From Octopus vulgaris (taxonomy: Eukaryota), in contig OX597816.1 of assembly GCA_951406725.2 (NCBI GenBank), positions 67,580,001 to 67,644,000 on the forward strand: a stretch of 64,000 nt of DNA, given 5' to 3'. Positions 23,458 through 36,933 of this stretch are shown here, piece after piece. The first letter of the stretch is position 1; each line of letters starts with the position of its first letter. A program made the translations under genes and the position numbers. The notes beneath the pieces are model-generated. The model was not told where the DNA came from, did no database searches, and saw nothing but the letters and a program-made list of their open reading frames with translations.

Positions 23458-24520
23458 ATGTCATCCATCAGTCCATCTACTCTGCCACTATTTATGGATG
23501 GTCACGGGGGTTATATTCCTCTATAGGTTCCTATCAGAAGCAACCATTATTTGATTATCCGCCTGGATTCCTAAGTGCGACCAACTGAAATTATGGATAT
23601 TATCCATCAGTCTCGTTCTCGGTCTACCCGCTAAATTTCCTTCGGTTTACCCGGCTTCAAGGATTCGCCTTGATTCCTGCAACATTCTAATCACGTCCAT
23701 AGTGCTGGTGTTACGAGTTCTCAATGCAGAGAAATAGCGGCTCAACCTAGAGAGATTCCCTGACCCCCTGTCATAGCGTTACTCCAGACACCCTTCGGAG
23801 CTACGAAATCTCAATGCAGAGAAATAGCGGCTCAACCTAGAGAGATTCCCTGATCCCATGTCGTAGCGTTACTCCAGACACCCTTCGGAGCTACGAAATC
23901 TCAATGCAGAGAAATAGCGGCTCAACCTAGAGAGATTCCCTGATCCCATGTCGTAGCGTTACTCCAGACACCCTTCGGAGCTACGAAAGCTCAATGCAGA
24001 GAAATAACGGCTCAACCTAGAGAGATTCCTTGACCCCCTGTCATAGCGTTACTCCAGACACCCTTCGGAGCTACGAAATCTCAATGCAGAGAAATAGCGG
24101 CTCAACCTAGAGAGATTCCCTGATCCCCTGTCGTAGCGTTACTCCAGACACCCTTCGGAGTTACGAAAGCTCAATGCAGAGAAATAGCGGCTCAACCTAG
24201 AGAGATTCCCTGATCCCTTGTCGTAGCGTTACTCCAGACACCCTTCGGAGCTACGAAATCTCAATGCAGAGAAATCGCAGCTCAACCTAGAGATATTTCC
24301 TGATCCTCTGTCCTAATGTTTCTCCAGATACCCTTCGGTGTAACCCCATTTCAGCCTTTTATATTTGCGATCGTACTCTTTCAGTCATTAGGCAACATTC
24401 ATGACCATCGGTGAGGAATAGACACGAAAACCGAATTTAAGGTAGCAAGTTCGGCTTTTTACCAAACTCTCCTCTTTTGAGTTTTGAATCCTGGAGCTGA
24501 CACATTATTTTGCCAGCAGT
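23458..24520 (-). mobile_element. RTE (Rex3/Expander-like) LINE 3' fragment containing an internal 90-bp tandem array
   Basis: Minus-strand LTDGHECCLMTERVRSQI*KAEMG..RRVSG...IRESL*VEPLFLCIE...VIRM...GRPRTRLMDNI...SWSHLGI and a GATG-type tail. Confidence 0.85.
23720..24338. repeat. 90-bp minisatellite, ~7 units
   Basis: TCAATGCAGA unit starts at 23721, 23811, 23901, 23991, 24081, 24171 and 24261. Confidence 0.97.
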
Positions 24521-25460
24521 TAAATAACAATAAGAAGCGGCGAAATAAAAAAAAAAACAAAAAACAAAAAAAACACACAATCATCAAAAATTGATTACAC
24601 TTCACAGCAAAGAATTGTGGGACGGAGTTTTGAGTTTTCTTTTAACGTCTTTTGATGTTGATGTTTGAAGCTAATTCTTGCTGTTCTGGTTATTCGCTTT
24701 TCTAAAAAAAAATAGTGTCACGTAAAGTACATGTATTCGAGATATATTTCGTTTGGTATTGTTATGACAGACTGTGAATCTGCAACGACATTCTTGCATT
24801 TAGTATAAAGGTCATTTTTAATGGGAAATCCAGTCGAGTTGTTTGAAAAAATGTTTTGAAGAAATAAAAATTTAGAATATGAATATTTTTCTTTGCGTAG
24901 ACCTTATCAACAATGACAGTTTATGTAGCATTATGTTCTCTTCAGATACGAAGCATCTGTATTCAACAAAATGAATAAATAAATAAATGCATGATGCTGT
25001 CATATCATATTCTTTATGTTGTACATTTGATTTGATTCCGTTTCACGAGGGCAAACAGTTGTCAAACACCTAATAACTGTGTTCTACATACTATATATAC
25101 AGAGCTCACATGAGTCCCAACGTGGTCACCCGAGCCGCTAGAAATAGCAAATATCCGTTGAATCACATTTAGTGCGTGGTATCCAGGGTAAAAGTCTTCT
25201 ACTATAATAGTCCCGAGTCGACCAATCTCTTGTGAGTGAATTTGGTAGACAGAATGTGAAAGTCCGTCGAATCTATAGACAAGTATGAGTTCGAGTCTCA
25301 GCCGGCCGCCAACACATTTTTTCTGCAAAGTAGGGGTAGCTTATCAAGTTCAGGCTATATTATTAGCATTATACTGCGTTAGAGAATTTAAAATCACTTC
25401 TTTAGCTTTCAAAGACATTTCAACGCTTCTAAAACAAACTTCGTTTGTTTACGTTCATCG

Positions 25461-25519
<59 letters not shown>

Positions 25520-25746
25520 AGTAAATAAATGGCACAACGAAGCACCAATATTTACTGGAAAATAGCGAACGTAATAAATACGACGCTAATGTATAGCTTC
25601 ACTGCGTATGTACTAGTAAAGATGCGTTCGCTATTTTCCAGTAAATATCGGTGCTTCGTTGTGCCATTTATTTACTTTATATGTATAATTTTACCCTCAC
25701 GGGCTATCCTTTACTGGAAAGCAATACTCTCGTATTGCATTACTAT

Positions 25747-25800
<54 letters not shown>

Positions 25801-25859
25801 CAAGTTTAGGAACCTTTCCAAGTTGTTAAAGATGACGATGAACAGTTGTATGGTTTGAA

Positions 25860-26325
25860 CTAAGATTTATTGCCAATTCTTCAACTGATAATGCAGGATT
25901 TTCTTCAAGTAATGCCTCAAGGAGCTTATCATCAAACTCAACTGGACGTCCTGTTCGATCTTCATCTTCGAGGCTAAAATCTCCACTTGTGAATTTTGCA
26001 AACCATCTTCTGAAGTTCTTTCATTCAAGCATTCTTTCCCATAAACTGAGTGTATGTTTCGAGTCGCTTCGGCTGCAGAGTTTCCTTTTTTGTACTCATA
26101 AAGCATTATATGCCTTAAATGCTCTTTGAATACTTCCATGTTAGAAAGGGTTTTAATCAAAGAAATTTTAATTCTATTATTCTGTAAAATAATTCTTAAT
26201 TAGTTTAAATGTACACCAATGCATATAAATAATTTTAAATTCCATTAGACATTCTAAACTACTATTAAATTTCATTTAATTTAAAAAAAAGGTAAAATCG
26301 GACAGAACTTATGGGATGACCTGAT
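25860..26325 (-). mobile_element. Mariner 5' fragment (TIR plus HTH domain)
   Basis: KEHLRHIMLYEYKKGNSAAEATRNIHSVYGKECLNERT is a mariner N-terminal HTH. TIR-like TCAGGTCATCCCATAAGTTCTGTCCG lies upstream on the minus strand. Confidence 0.88.
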
Positions 26326-26679
26326 TGAATACCATTTTATATTTACAAATCAATGCAGATAAAGAAGGCTAGCGCATCAGGTCACCAGAATATCCTGGTT
26401 ACAACACTGCTTTAACTATTCATATACATGCAAAATTTTCCTTTTATATGTACAACATATGCAAGACCAATGCTAGATAGAATTAGTTTGGTATAATCAT
26501 TAAAGATAAATATAAATAATAAATATATTTTGTATCATATCAATTAAGATGCTGGATCTAAGTTTCGGGAATTGACCATCCTTAATGGAAATAAAAGACA
26601 GGAAAAGGATAGGAAAGGAAGTAAAGAAGACAAGTAAAATAACAAATTTTTAGAAAGTGACTAAAAATACGTATATTTC

Positions 26680-27017
26680 ACTTGCTTCTGTCATTTTGAC
26701 TGTGGCCATGCTGGGGCACTGTCTTGAAGGGTTTTAGTCGAACAAATCGACCCCAGGAAAGATTCTTTTAAACCTAGTATTTTTCTATTGGCCTTTTTTG
26801 TCGAACCGCTAATTTACGTAAACAAACCAACATCGTTCGCAAGCGGTGGTGGTGAACAAACACACACACGCAGATATATACGACCGGCTTCTTTCATTTA
26901 CCGTCTACCAAATTCACTCGCAAGGTTTTGGGTGCCCGAGGTTATAGTAAAAGGCACTTTCTCAAGTTGCCGCACAGTGTGGCTAGATCCGGAACCATTT
27001 TGTCGGGAAGCAATCTT
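26680..27017 (-). mobile_element. SINE family A, diverged
   Basis: Family motifs with many substitutions. Confidence 0.75.
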
Positions 27018-27515
27018 GAGATATAAAAGTTAAACCAAGTGATTAATATTGGGCAACAGTTATTTTAAAATAGGGTTAAACGATCAAGGGACCAAATTAC
27101 ACTCTGTCTCAATAAACCGCAGTGAAATCTAAACAATGGTCACACCTATATAGAAGCACACATGTATATATATATGAGCACTAACATAATAAAAATACAC
27201 ACCCACACCCACACAGCTGTATATTCATATACCCATTTATATGCGTATCACAAATATTAGTACTTACAAAACCGTATTTATATATACACAAGCTTAAACA
27301 CATATACAAATCTAAATGCATACAAAAATACATACATACATATACACAATATAAATAGACATATGTATAAATGCATGAAGAAGAATACATACACATATGA
27401 ACCTATAGTCATATATGCAAACATACATGCGTACATACACACATATATGTGTGTGTGTGTGTGTTTGTGTGTACGCACACACAGGCTTTACTGTATAGAC
27501 ATATGCACATATATA

Positions 27516-27696
27516 TTTCTTTATTGCCCACAAGGGGCTAAACATAGAGGGGACAAACAAGGACAGAAAAAGGGATTAAGTCGATTACATCGACACCAGT
27601 GCGTAACTGGTACTTTATTTATCGACCCCGAAAGGATGAAAGGCATACTGCTAAGCATTTCGCCCGGCGTGCTAACGTTTCTGCCAGCTCGCCGCC
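27516..27696 (-). mobile_element. SINE family B with internal deletion
   Basis: Family motifs. Confidence 0.85.
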
Positions 27697-28081
27697 ATAT
27701 ATATACGCAGTAAATTCTATACAGATAGATACCTATATAAACACATTCAGTTGCACACACACTCATGCACACAAATATGCATATATGCACGTGTAGATCT
27801 ATACCTAGCTATATATACAACATATAAATACACACAAGCACACACACATAAATTGTAATAATACTCATAATTTTTTATATAAAATTTTCACTGTTCTCGG
27901 TTCTGTTTATGGTTTGGGCTATCAGTCGAGTGTATGGGCATTGATGTAGCGGATATTTTAATTTTTGATCTTCAGTGAACCTAGCTGACGAATACTAGCC
28001 AGATTTATGATAGTAAACATATTCTGGAAAGTCCGAAACTCGAGTACTAAGTTATCCACTTTCTCTGGCGTTCTTCTAGAG

Positions 28082-28412
28082 CAGTGGTCACAAAGTGAGC
28101 GGTATTGCCCCCATTGGGTGCAATGGAAAGTTCCAGTGAGGCGTTGAAGAAAAGTGTGATGATAATGGGATAGCGATTCATATAAAATGTGGGGTGATAA
28201 TAGGGTAGCAATTTATGTAAAATGTGGGGTGATAGTGGGGTAGCATTATAACAAAATAATAGGTACATTAGGTTAAGTTTTATTTGTAATATACAGTTGC
28301 TTTGAATTTGCTTCAGAAAGAGGTCTATGTGGTGATTAGTAGAGGTGGGGGCACTAGGAATGTGGCCTGGATGTCAAGGCGGCGGCAGCCCGAAAAAGTT
28401 TGGGAACCACTG
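28082..28412. mobile_element. hAT (Charlie-like) MITE
   Basis: Termini CAGTGGT...ACCACTG with 8-bp TSD TTCTAGAG / TTCTAAAG. Confidence 0.8.
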
Positions 28413-28596
28413 TTCTAAAGGTAAGACGAATTTTTTTTATATATTCAACGCCCGCACACATCTTTGCCTCTAAACATTCAGTGAAGCTTTACAATAGCGT
28501 CGTACAGTTATTAACTGCTATTTGCAGAAAACATTGGTACCTTGCTGTGCTACTAATTTCTATTTTATCTCTCTCTCTATTACACACACACACACA

Positions 28597-29122
28597 CTAG
28601 CAATGCATCCCGGCGTTGCCGGGATGTTATGACCTACAACCATATTGCATTATTTGCTCCTTTCTTATGGGCAGAATCGGCACAGCCGACATATAGTTAA
28701 TGGAATAATGGAAGTTGTTTGTTTAATCGTGAAGGGCGAGGGTACAATTTGTATGAAAGTGCTTTCTGTTCTTGAGAAGGATCAGAAACTATGTATTGTT
28801 TCATCGTGTAAAAGTGGGCTAATACAATTTTGTTCAGAAATAACAGATAGAAAAATGAATGTCCCTTAATACATTCTTTTTGGTTGTGGCTTATTTTAAT
28901 ACAATATTTATGTGTACATTTTCATAAATGTTCTACGCATGCGTGAAACATCGGACGACAGTGAAACATTGGAAGCAAATCGAAATATTGTCCGAATATG
29001 ATCTCAAAATTGTGCAAACCAATGTAGTTGCCGAGGTTACTTTATTTGTAAAAAAGAGTTGTTGAGTCAAAAACATAATTTATTTGGTAGATAGATAATA
29101 AGCAGCTTTCTTTATTATAATA
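28597..29122 (-). mobile_element. Non-autonomous Helitron-like element
   Basis: Minus strand ends ATCCCGGCAACGCCGGGAT...CTAG|T, the same hairpin type as at 18692-18720. The 5' boundary is uncertain. Confidence 0.55.
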
Positions 29123-29334
29123 CAGGTGTGACTAATTCGGAGAAACATTACTTCCATTATTGAAACATCGTCACTCTTGTAATGCAACACTTTGTAATTT
29201 TGGTTGAAATTGAAAGTATTAAACTATTTTCACTTTCTAATGAAAGCTGGTCGTTGTAGAGCAGTGTTTTTCAAATAACTATAGCTGGTTGTCGAGATAA
29301 CGTAGAAAATGTGTGTGTGTGTGTGTGTGTGTGT

Positions 29335-29627
29335 GTGGAGGCACATGGCCTAGAGGTTAGAGCAGCGGACTCGCGGTCGAGGGATCGCGGGTTCGAATCT
29401 CAGACCGGGAGATATGTGTGTTTATGAGCGAAACACCTAAGCTCCACGTGATCAGAAGGTGATGGCGAACTTCTGCTGACTCTTTCGCCACAAATTTCTT
29501 TCACTCTTTCTTCCTGCATCTTGCAGCTCACCCGCGACGGACGTCCCATCCAGGTGGGGAACCTATACGCCAAGGAAACCGAGAAACCGGCCCTATGAGC
29601 CAGGCATGGCTTGAGAAGGAGGAAACA
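29335..29627 (+). mobile_element. SINE family C (tRNA-Arg-like head)
   Basis: GGAGGCACATGGCCTAGAGGTTAGAGCAGCGGACTCGCGGTCGAGGGATCGCGGGTTCGAATCTC with A and B boxes, followed by a non-tRNA body. Confidence 0.85.
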
Positions 29628-29824
29628 ACATATATATATATATATATACGCATATATACACTCATGAAATAATTTCATCAATTGGATCTCCTGGATTTCA
29701 GCTGCATAGAACTCTGCATTATACTTCTCTGCATTGGTTTACTATGTGGTATGCTAGCCGGTTCCACTAGAGGAGCTTTCTGTAATAGCCTCATGATTCT
29801 ATAAATCCATATATTGCACTACTA

Positions 29825-29856
<32 letters not shown>

Positions 29857-30272
29857 CTTTATTTTGTGTTCGTCCCCCAACTCCACCCCTTGACAACCAT
29901 TTGTATATGCCCCCTTATTTAATGGTTCGGCATGGAGAACAATAGAATAAGTACCAGCGTTGAAAGAACAGTAAGTCGACTTGCTGGCCTAAACCTTTCC
30001 AAGTGGTACAACAGCATGTCTGCAGTCTAATGAGTGAAACGAATGAAAGAAGATAAATGAAAGATACATATCTCAGTGCAAGGCTTGCAAAACGTTTGCG
30101 AATGTCTCTTATACAGGGCTTGTGAACATTATGTGATATATAGAACTTAACAGAAGAGTAAAGTAGAAGGACGAGTTTAAGTACATTAAAAAGTTACAGT
30201 TTATTCGTGTTTGGCCGAGCGAATGAATTCTTTGCTCGTCAGTTTTGAATAGGCGTTCGCATGCACACATGT

Positions 30273-30356
<84 letters not shown>

Positions 30357-30761
30357 ACATGTAAACGCTATTACCGAAACTTTAATGATATCATTGACGA
30401 CTGGAGAGGAGGTGACTGTCAGAGGCTACACATACCCCCACCCTCTGTTCTTGACAATTCCGTCATGCTTTTTTAATGCCTTTATAATAAGGAAACCGTA
30501 TTAACACTGTTTAGTAAAGCTAAGCTACTGCTGGAATTTCAGGGTCTAAGTGGCTTCTTAACACTTACCAACACATACGCATACTTGCGTGAGACAGACA
30601 GACGCTGGTGGTCAGAATGACCTCATACTAGAGTGAACAATCGCTTTACCGCAGCTGCTGTTTTAACAACCACAGTAACTTTTTCTTTTTCTCTTCATGC
30701 ACACACACAGTATATATATATATACATACACATGCATACCTACTTACATATATACACACAA

Positions 30762-30806
<45 letters not shown>

Positions 30807-31262
30807 ATAAGAGTGGTAAAAATATATTTTATCAAGTGCACACACACGATCGCATATGGAACTCACTACGCTGGATAGTGTGAATAGATATGTTTATCGT
30901 ATGATAGTTTTCTCAGAGTTTCATCCTTTGTTGGGCTGTTCAGTGCACTCCCTCTCTCTCTCTCTCTGTACACACAAACACACATGTATATATTACATAT
31001 ACATATATATGTGTATCTATGGTTCGACAGACAGACAGACACGTTCTTATGAAAAAAAATTCAACGCAATCTAAATAACAGTTTATGTCATGGAGAAAGT
31101 GAGCAGCATTAAAAATGATGTTATTACTCACGTATGAATTTCTGATGTATAATATACTTGTAGATACAATGTCTGTAATAAAAAGGCGGGTTGGTCACAA
31201 CTGGAACGTCTTTATTCAATAAGTTTTCTCTGTGATGATTCAGTCGAAAACAACAACCACAG

Positions 31263-31670
31263 CTCTTTTACTCTTTTACTTGTTTCAGCCATTTGACTGT
31301 GGCCATCCTGGAGCACCGTCTTTAGTCGAGGAAATCGACCCCAGGACTTATTCTTTAGAAGCCTAGTACTTATTCTATCGGTCTCTTTTGCCGAACAGCT
31401 AAGTTACGGGGACGTAAACACACCACCATCGGTTGTCAAGCGATGTTGGGGGAAGGGGAACAAACACAGAAACACAAACATATATACACACACATACACA
31501 CACACATATATATACATATATACGACGGGCTTCTTTCAGTTTCCGTTTACCAAATCCACTCACAAGGCTTTGGTCGGCCCGAGGTTATAGTAGAAGACAC
31601 TTGCCCAAGGTGTCACGCAGTGGGACTGAACCCGGAACCACATGGTTGGTAAGCAAGCTACTTACCACAC
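31263..31670 (-). mobile_element. SINE family A
   Basis: Family motifs. Confidence 0.9.
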
Positions 31671-31715
31671 ATTTTGATTCAAGCTCAGCAATTATGTGAG
31701 AAGGGAAAACATGAT

Positions 31716-32092
31716 TACACCAATCCCAGCGAACAACTGGTACTTATTTTGTTTACCCTAAAAGAATGAAAGACAAAGTCGACCTCGGCGGAATTTGAAT
31801 CCAGAAAGTATAGTAGGAAGAAATACAGCCAAACATTTTGTCCGGCGCAGTATCGATTCTGTCTTCTCGCTCCCTTTACAGCTGCTAATAATGTATTCAA
31901 ATTTTGGCACAAATCCCGCAGTTTCAAGGGAGGGGACAAATAGATTGCATCGTCGCTAGTTTTCAACTGGTGCTTATTTTACCGATCCCGAAAGGATGAA
32001 AAGCAAAGTCAACTTTGAACTGGGAATGTAAAAACAGACGAAATAGCGGTATTTTGTTGGGTGTGCTAACGATTTTGTCAGTTCGTCGTCTT
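31716..32092 (-). mobile_element. SINE family B, two old tandem copies
   Basis: Family motifs. Confidence 0.75.
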
Positions 32093-32829
32093 GCAGCTGC
32101 TAATAACTACTAAAGCCACAACAAATTACTACCTCTAAGAACAACAGCGGCATATCTCTTCCAACTCACGCCATAAAATGTAGTGATACATTTGGAAAAT
32201 GTAATCTCAGATCTATACACACGCACATACATGCACAAAAAATACAAATTGATGTAATGGTCGCGATTGGAAGGCCTTTGATTCTGTTGAACTGATAAAC
32301 CAAGGATGATTTGGGGCTAAATGACCATTCCTTTGTTCTTTTATTTTTGAAATTGTACTTCATGAATGACTAAGTTGATTACTCCAGGTCATATCTTATC
32401 CAGCAGATCTATGATGAAAGGCGTTCTAGCCATGACCATCAAGTCATTGCATGTTTAAGACCAACTACAAATACAACATGTACTCCTATTGTTAAGACAA
32501 CAATGTACTGAATTGAGGGTGATTTGGCTACTGTTTCTGGAAGATAGTGTTATTACGTAGAAACCTTTTCATTGACTCGTGATAAGGAAGTTGTTGTCTA
32601 ACCACATGTTAGCTCTGACTAAGCATTCGTATGGTCTAAGGCCTTTATACCGTGACCAATTAGTAAAACTGTTTGAGCGTCGAACAAAAAAAAAACATAT
32701 TTAAATTTTAGAGTTCAAGTCATACGAGGTCAATTTCCCTTTCGTCTATAAGGGGATCGATAAAATATAGAACCAAGCGAAATGTGAATGGAAATATAAC
32801 AGAAGATCTTGTTTTGTTTTTATGACATA

Positions 32830-33115
32830 GGGCTTCAAGGCCTACCTTATCTAGAGTCACATCTTTTATGCAGGCCTTGAATCTTGCAACGGACCGGTGG
32901 CCCGTTCAGGGAGAATGTTGAGCTCTCGGTCATTTAAACGATATGGAAACCGCGTAACCAGCCTCATCATTCCATGGGCTCGAGAAAAAACGAAGATGTT
33001 ACAAGAGATCAACTTACATACCCCCCACGGGCTTTGGTTAAGCATTCATACATTTAGAGACTATGTATACCCCAGGGTAAAGAACCCTTGCTTAGAAGTT
33101 CTCACGTTGTCTCGT
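32830..33115 (-). mobile_element. Highly decayed RTE-like LINE fragment
   Basis: Minus-strand remnants resembling WLGHV.RM..R.P....EL....R..G.P..RFKD. Confidence 0.4.
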
Positions 33116-33808
33116 AAGGAATTCGATGAATTGTGAAATGAAAGCCGGGGCAAGCAGAAGTTCCGTTTATAATTCAGTTTTTGTATGCCGATCGGCCAAC
33201 TGCAGCGTTAAGGAAACCTATTTATAATGTGCTCGCAGTGACTGTTGAAGAACTGTTTACACTTTTGAAACCTGCCATGAATTACATTAACCACACACGA
33301 AACATGCAAATCTTGCACACAAGCTAAATGCTAGATAAATATTATTTTTGTGATATCCATTACCATAAAGGCTTCCAGTCATGTTAACTTATTCCACTGA
33401 GCTGACATAAAATTGTACAGGCGAGACCCATATCGTTGTAGTGTGGATGGCCTTGTGTGAGTAGTGTTCTTTCTGGTAATTTACGGTGCACCAGCTGCTG
33501 GAAAACAGCGTATGGTGTAGCGTTTGTTTATATTGAATTTTTATTATGTTATTCTAATCTCTGTCATAAGTAAGTTTAATGAGTTTACCAAACAAGAGTT
33601 TAAGTAGGAAATACGTCTGGGTGGACTGCATAAGGTTACAGTTAGTGATGCTCAACGAATGTTAAGCAGTCTATTCCACTTGATTACTAGAGTATGGTAG
33701 AGGTTTGTATTTTATACTTGGCCTATAACTTGACCCTATGTTTTAGATAATTTTTTATAATAATAATAATAATAATAATGTCACTTTGATGACATGCACT
33801 GCTTTCTC

Positions 33809-33873
<65 letters not shown>

Positions 33874-33874
<1 letters not shown>

Positions 33875-35362
33875 GCACTAATACTACTCTCAAGTGAACT
33901 GAACAGAACAGGATATGGCTATAAAATTGACAACAGGAAAATAAGCCATCTATTTTATGTGGATGATTTAAAACTATATGGCAAAGATGATGAAGAGCTT
34001 GAAGGACTACTACATACTGTGAAAGGATTCAGTGATGATATCGGGATGGAGCTTGGTCTTGAAAAGTGTGCCAAAGCCACTTTTAAGAAAGGGAAACTGG
34101 TAAAGTCTAGTTCAATCGAATTAGATGTCGAAACAGTAAAAAAGGAACTTGAGCAGGAACAAACCTATAAATACCTGGGAATAAATGAAGGCTCTGGTAT
34201 CCAGCATGCAAGCATGAAAGAGAAGGTTAGGAAGGATTGTTATAGAAGAGTTCGAGCAGTCCTGAAGTCTGAGCTGAATGCATATAATAAGGTGTTAGCC
34301 ATAAATTCCTTAGCAGTACTAGTTGTTCTATGTAGCTTCAATGTGCTTAACTGGAATACCAGTGAAATAATGAAAATTGACAGAAAAATCCGCAAGCTAC
34401 TGACTTGTAATAAGAGACACTATCCAAAGGCAGACGTGGATCGTCTTTACCTTCCCAGAACTTAGAGAGGTCGAAGTTTGATCCAGCTTGAACTTACATA
34501 CAAAGCCACCACAATCGGACTGGCCAAATACCTTGAAGCAACCAATGATTGGATGCTAAAAGTTGTTGAAAAACACGAAAGACCGAAAAAACTTCACTCT
34601 ATTCTCAAAGAGAGCGAAAAATTCGCAGCTGATCTCTTAGATACTCATCAGATTGATCAGGCTGAAGGAAATGTATTTCCATTGGACAATATGTCGGCAT
34701 TATAGAATCAAAACCGCTGACAAATGGTATAAACACCATCCTGAAGCTATGACTAAGGGAGAAAATGTGTCGATTCTATGGGACTTCCCCGTACAGACCG
34801 ACAAAACTATAAAAGCTAATAAACCGGATATTATTATAAAAGATCAGACAAAAAAGATATGTTTATTAATTGACATGAGTATTCCTTGCAATCACAATGT
34901 AGCGGCGAAATAATTTGACAAGATTAGTAAATATAAAGACTTGCTAATAGAATTTGAAAAAATGTGGCATCTCAAGGCGACTACAGTACCAGTGATTGTA
35001 GGATCTCTAGGAATGATAAAAAAAGGTACTGAAACCTATTTGAAAATGATTCCAGGCTTACCATCCCTACAGGAAGTGCAAAAAATCGTATTAACCGGAA
35101 CGGCTCATGTACTGAGAAGAGCATTATCGCTATGAAAACAACATCCATTCATACTCTTTTATTCTCTTTTACTTGTTTCAGTCATTTGACTGTGACCATG
35201 CTGGAGCACCGAATTTATTTATTTATTAATTTTTAAATACATATTTTATCTGTGAATTTGCGCGTGTAATCTGGGAATGCATACAATGAGCTTCTCTGCC
35301 CTAGGTGTATGGAAAACACTCGGCGAGAAACGGAAGAAAATTTGAAGAAAGAAGGAAAAAAC

Positions 35363-35363
<1 letters not shown>
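33874..35363 (+). mobile_element. 5'-truncated R4/Dong-like non-LTR retrotransposon (RT plus restriction-like endonuclease), pseudogenised
   Basis: ISHLFYVDDLKLY (RT active site), YKYLGI, RLYLPR.RGR.LI, HWTICRHY, ILWDFPVQTD...NKPDIII.D...LIDMSIP...KY.DL..E..KMW...VPVIVGSLG (RLE). Contains stops, frameshifts and an internal deletion, and is flanked on both sides by (AAT)n. Confidence 0.92.
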
Positions 35364-35418
<55 letters not shown>

Positions 35419-35419
<1 letters not shown>

Positions 35420-35971
35420 CCCTGATGCAGTACCAGGCAGTGGCTCTCATGGCTACTCATCTTAAGTGATTGGAAGTGTCATCATGTACATTGTTTTGTC
35501 TTGGTATAAAAGATGGGCTACAGCAAATATTCTGCTCAATACCACAGATTTGCTTGGCAGTTATTTGAGCTTAACCAGTTGAGCATGTCCCTTAGTGGCT
35601 GACGATATGTGCATCTCTAATCACGAGCATTAGTGGTGTGTGAGCATCATAGCCATGTGTTGGGCGGGATTCTTTGGGGCTTGAATAATTCACCTCTGGA
35701 AACATGGGTGTTTCGTTCAACATCTTCAAACAACCCTTATTCAAGGACCTTTTGAGCGGAATGGGTTACTCGACCAGAAGAAAATTCTAACTGGGCACCA
35801 CTTCAAGGTCATGTGCTGTTTGTCTTGATATGAGATCACCATGTCCCGCATATATGGTTGTGATGCATGTGCCTAATGTACCCTTATCAGACGGGTAGTC
35901 ATGGTGGGTATACTGGGCTTCGTATATTTTACCCTAGTGTCACTTTGATGGCATGCACTGCTCTCTCGCTC
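35419..35971 (+). mobile_element. Non-coding ~550-bp retroposon embedded in (AAT)n
   Basis: Bounded by (AAT)n on both sides. Its last ~180 nt recur at 46630-46809, also between (AAT)n runs. Confidence 0.7.
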
Positions 35972-36025
<54 letters not shown>

Positions 36026-36026
36026 T

Positions 36027-36472
36027 TTTTCTACTATAGGAACAAGGCCTGGTATTTCGGGGAAGGGCTAAGTCGAGTATAGCAACCCCAGTACTGAACT
36101 GGTACTTATTTGATCAAACTCGAAAGGATGAAAGGCAAAGTCGAGCTCGGCGGAATTTGAACTCAGAGCGTAAAGACGGAAGAAATGCTGCTAAGCATTT
36201 TGTTCGGCTGTCATCGATTCTGCTAGTTCGCTGCTTTAATAATAATAATAATAATAATAATAATGGTTTCAAATTTTGGCACAAGGACAGCAATTTCGAG
36301 TAAGTGAGAATAGTCGATTACATCGACTCCAGAGCTCAACTGGTACTTATTTTATCGACTCCCAAAATATGCAAGTAAAGTAGACCTCGGCGGAATCTGA
36401 ACTCAAAACGTAAAAACAGTTGCTTAGCATTTTGACCGGCGTGTTTAGTGATTCTGCTAGCTTGCTGCAGTT
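36027..36472 (-). mobile_element. SINE family B, two tandem copies separated by (AAT)n
   Basis: Family motifs. Confidence 0.82.
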
Positions 36473-36933
36473 TTATGATATTTTATGGTATGCGTGTGTT
36501 CTTTTTTCTTTCTTTCTTTTGTTTCTGTCATTGGATAGCGGCACAAATCTGGAGGAATTTAATCAATTAAATCGATCTCACTAATTATTTTACGTCTGGA
36601 ACTTATTGTATCAGTCACTTTTTACTGAACAGCTTATTCATAGGAACGTAAACTAACTTACAGCCAACAGTTATCAAGCGGCGGGAAACGCACATGGAGT
36701 TTTATATTCAGGACTTCTTTACCAAGTGTATTCATCCGCTTTTAAACGGTGGTATGAAATTTGAAACAGGGTTTGTTGCTAAGCATAGACGTCTAGCAAC
36801 TATGTAGAGGCACCAAAATGTTCAAACGCAATGCTTCCGCTCCTGACAAAGCTACAAGCATACATCTTACGTAGCATAGTGCATCAAAGAATCACTGAGC
36901 TCAGTAATGCCTTGCGGTATTTGTTATGACATT

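Noticed and set aside
23720-24338. CRISPR-like array or 30-aa coding repeat
   Set aside because: No unique spacers and no cas genes, eukaryotic context, stops in all six frames, and the unit is LINE-derived.
33794-34465. 223-aa ORF as a host gene with poly-Asn
   Set aside because: It is an (AAT)n run read into a truncated retrotransposon RT.
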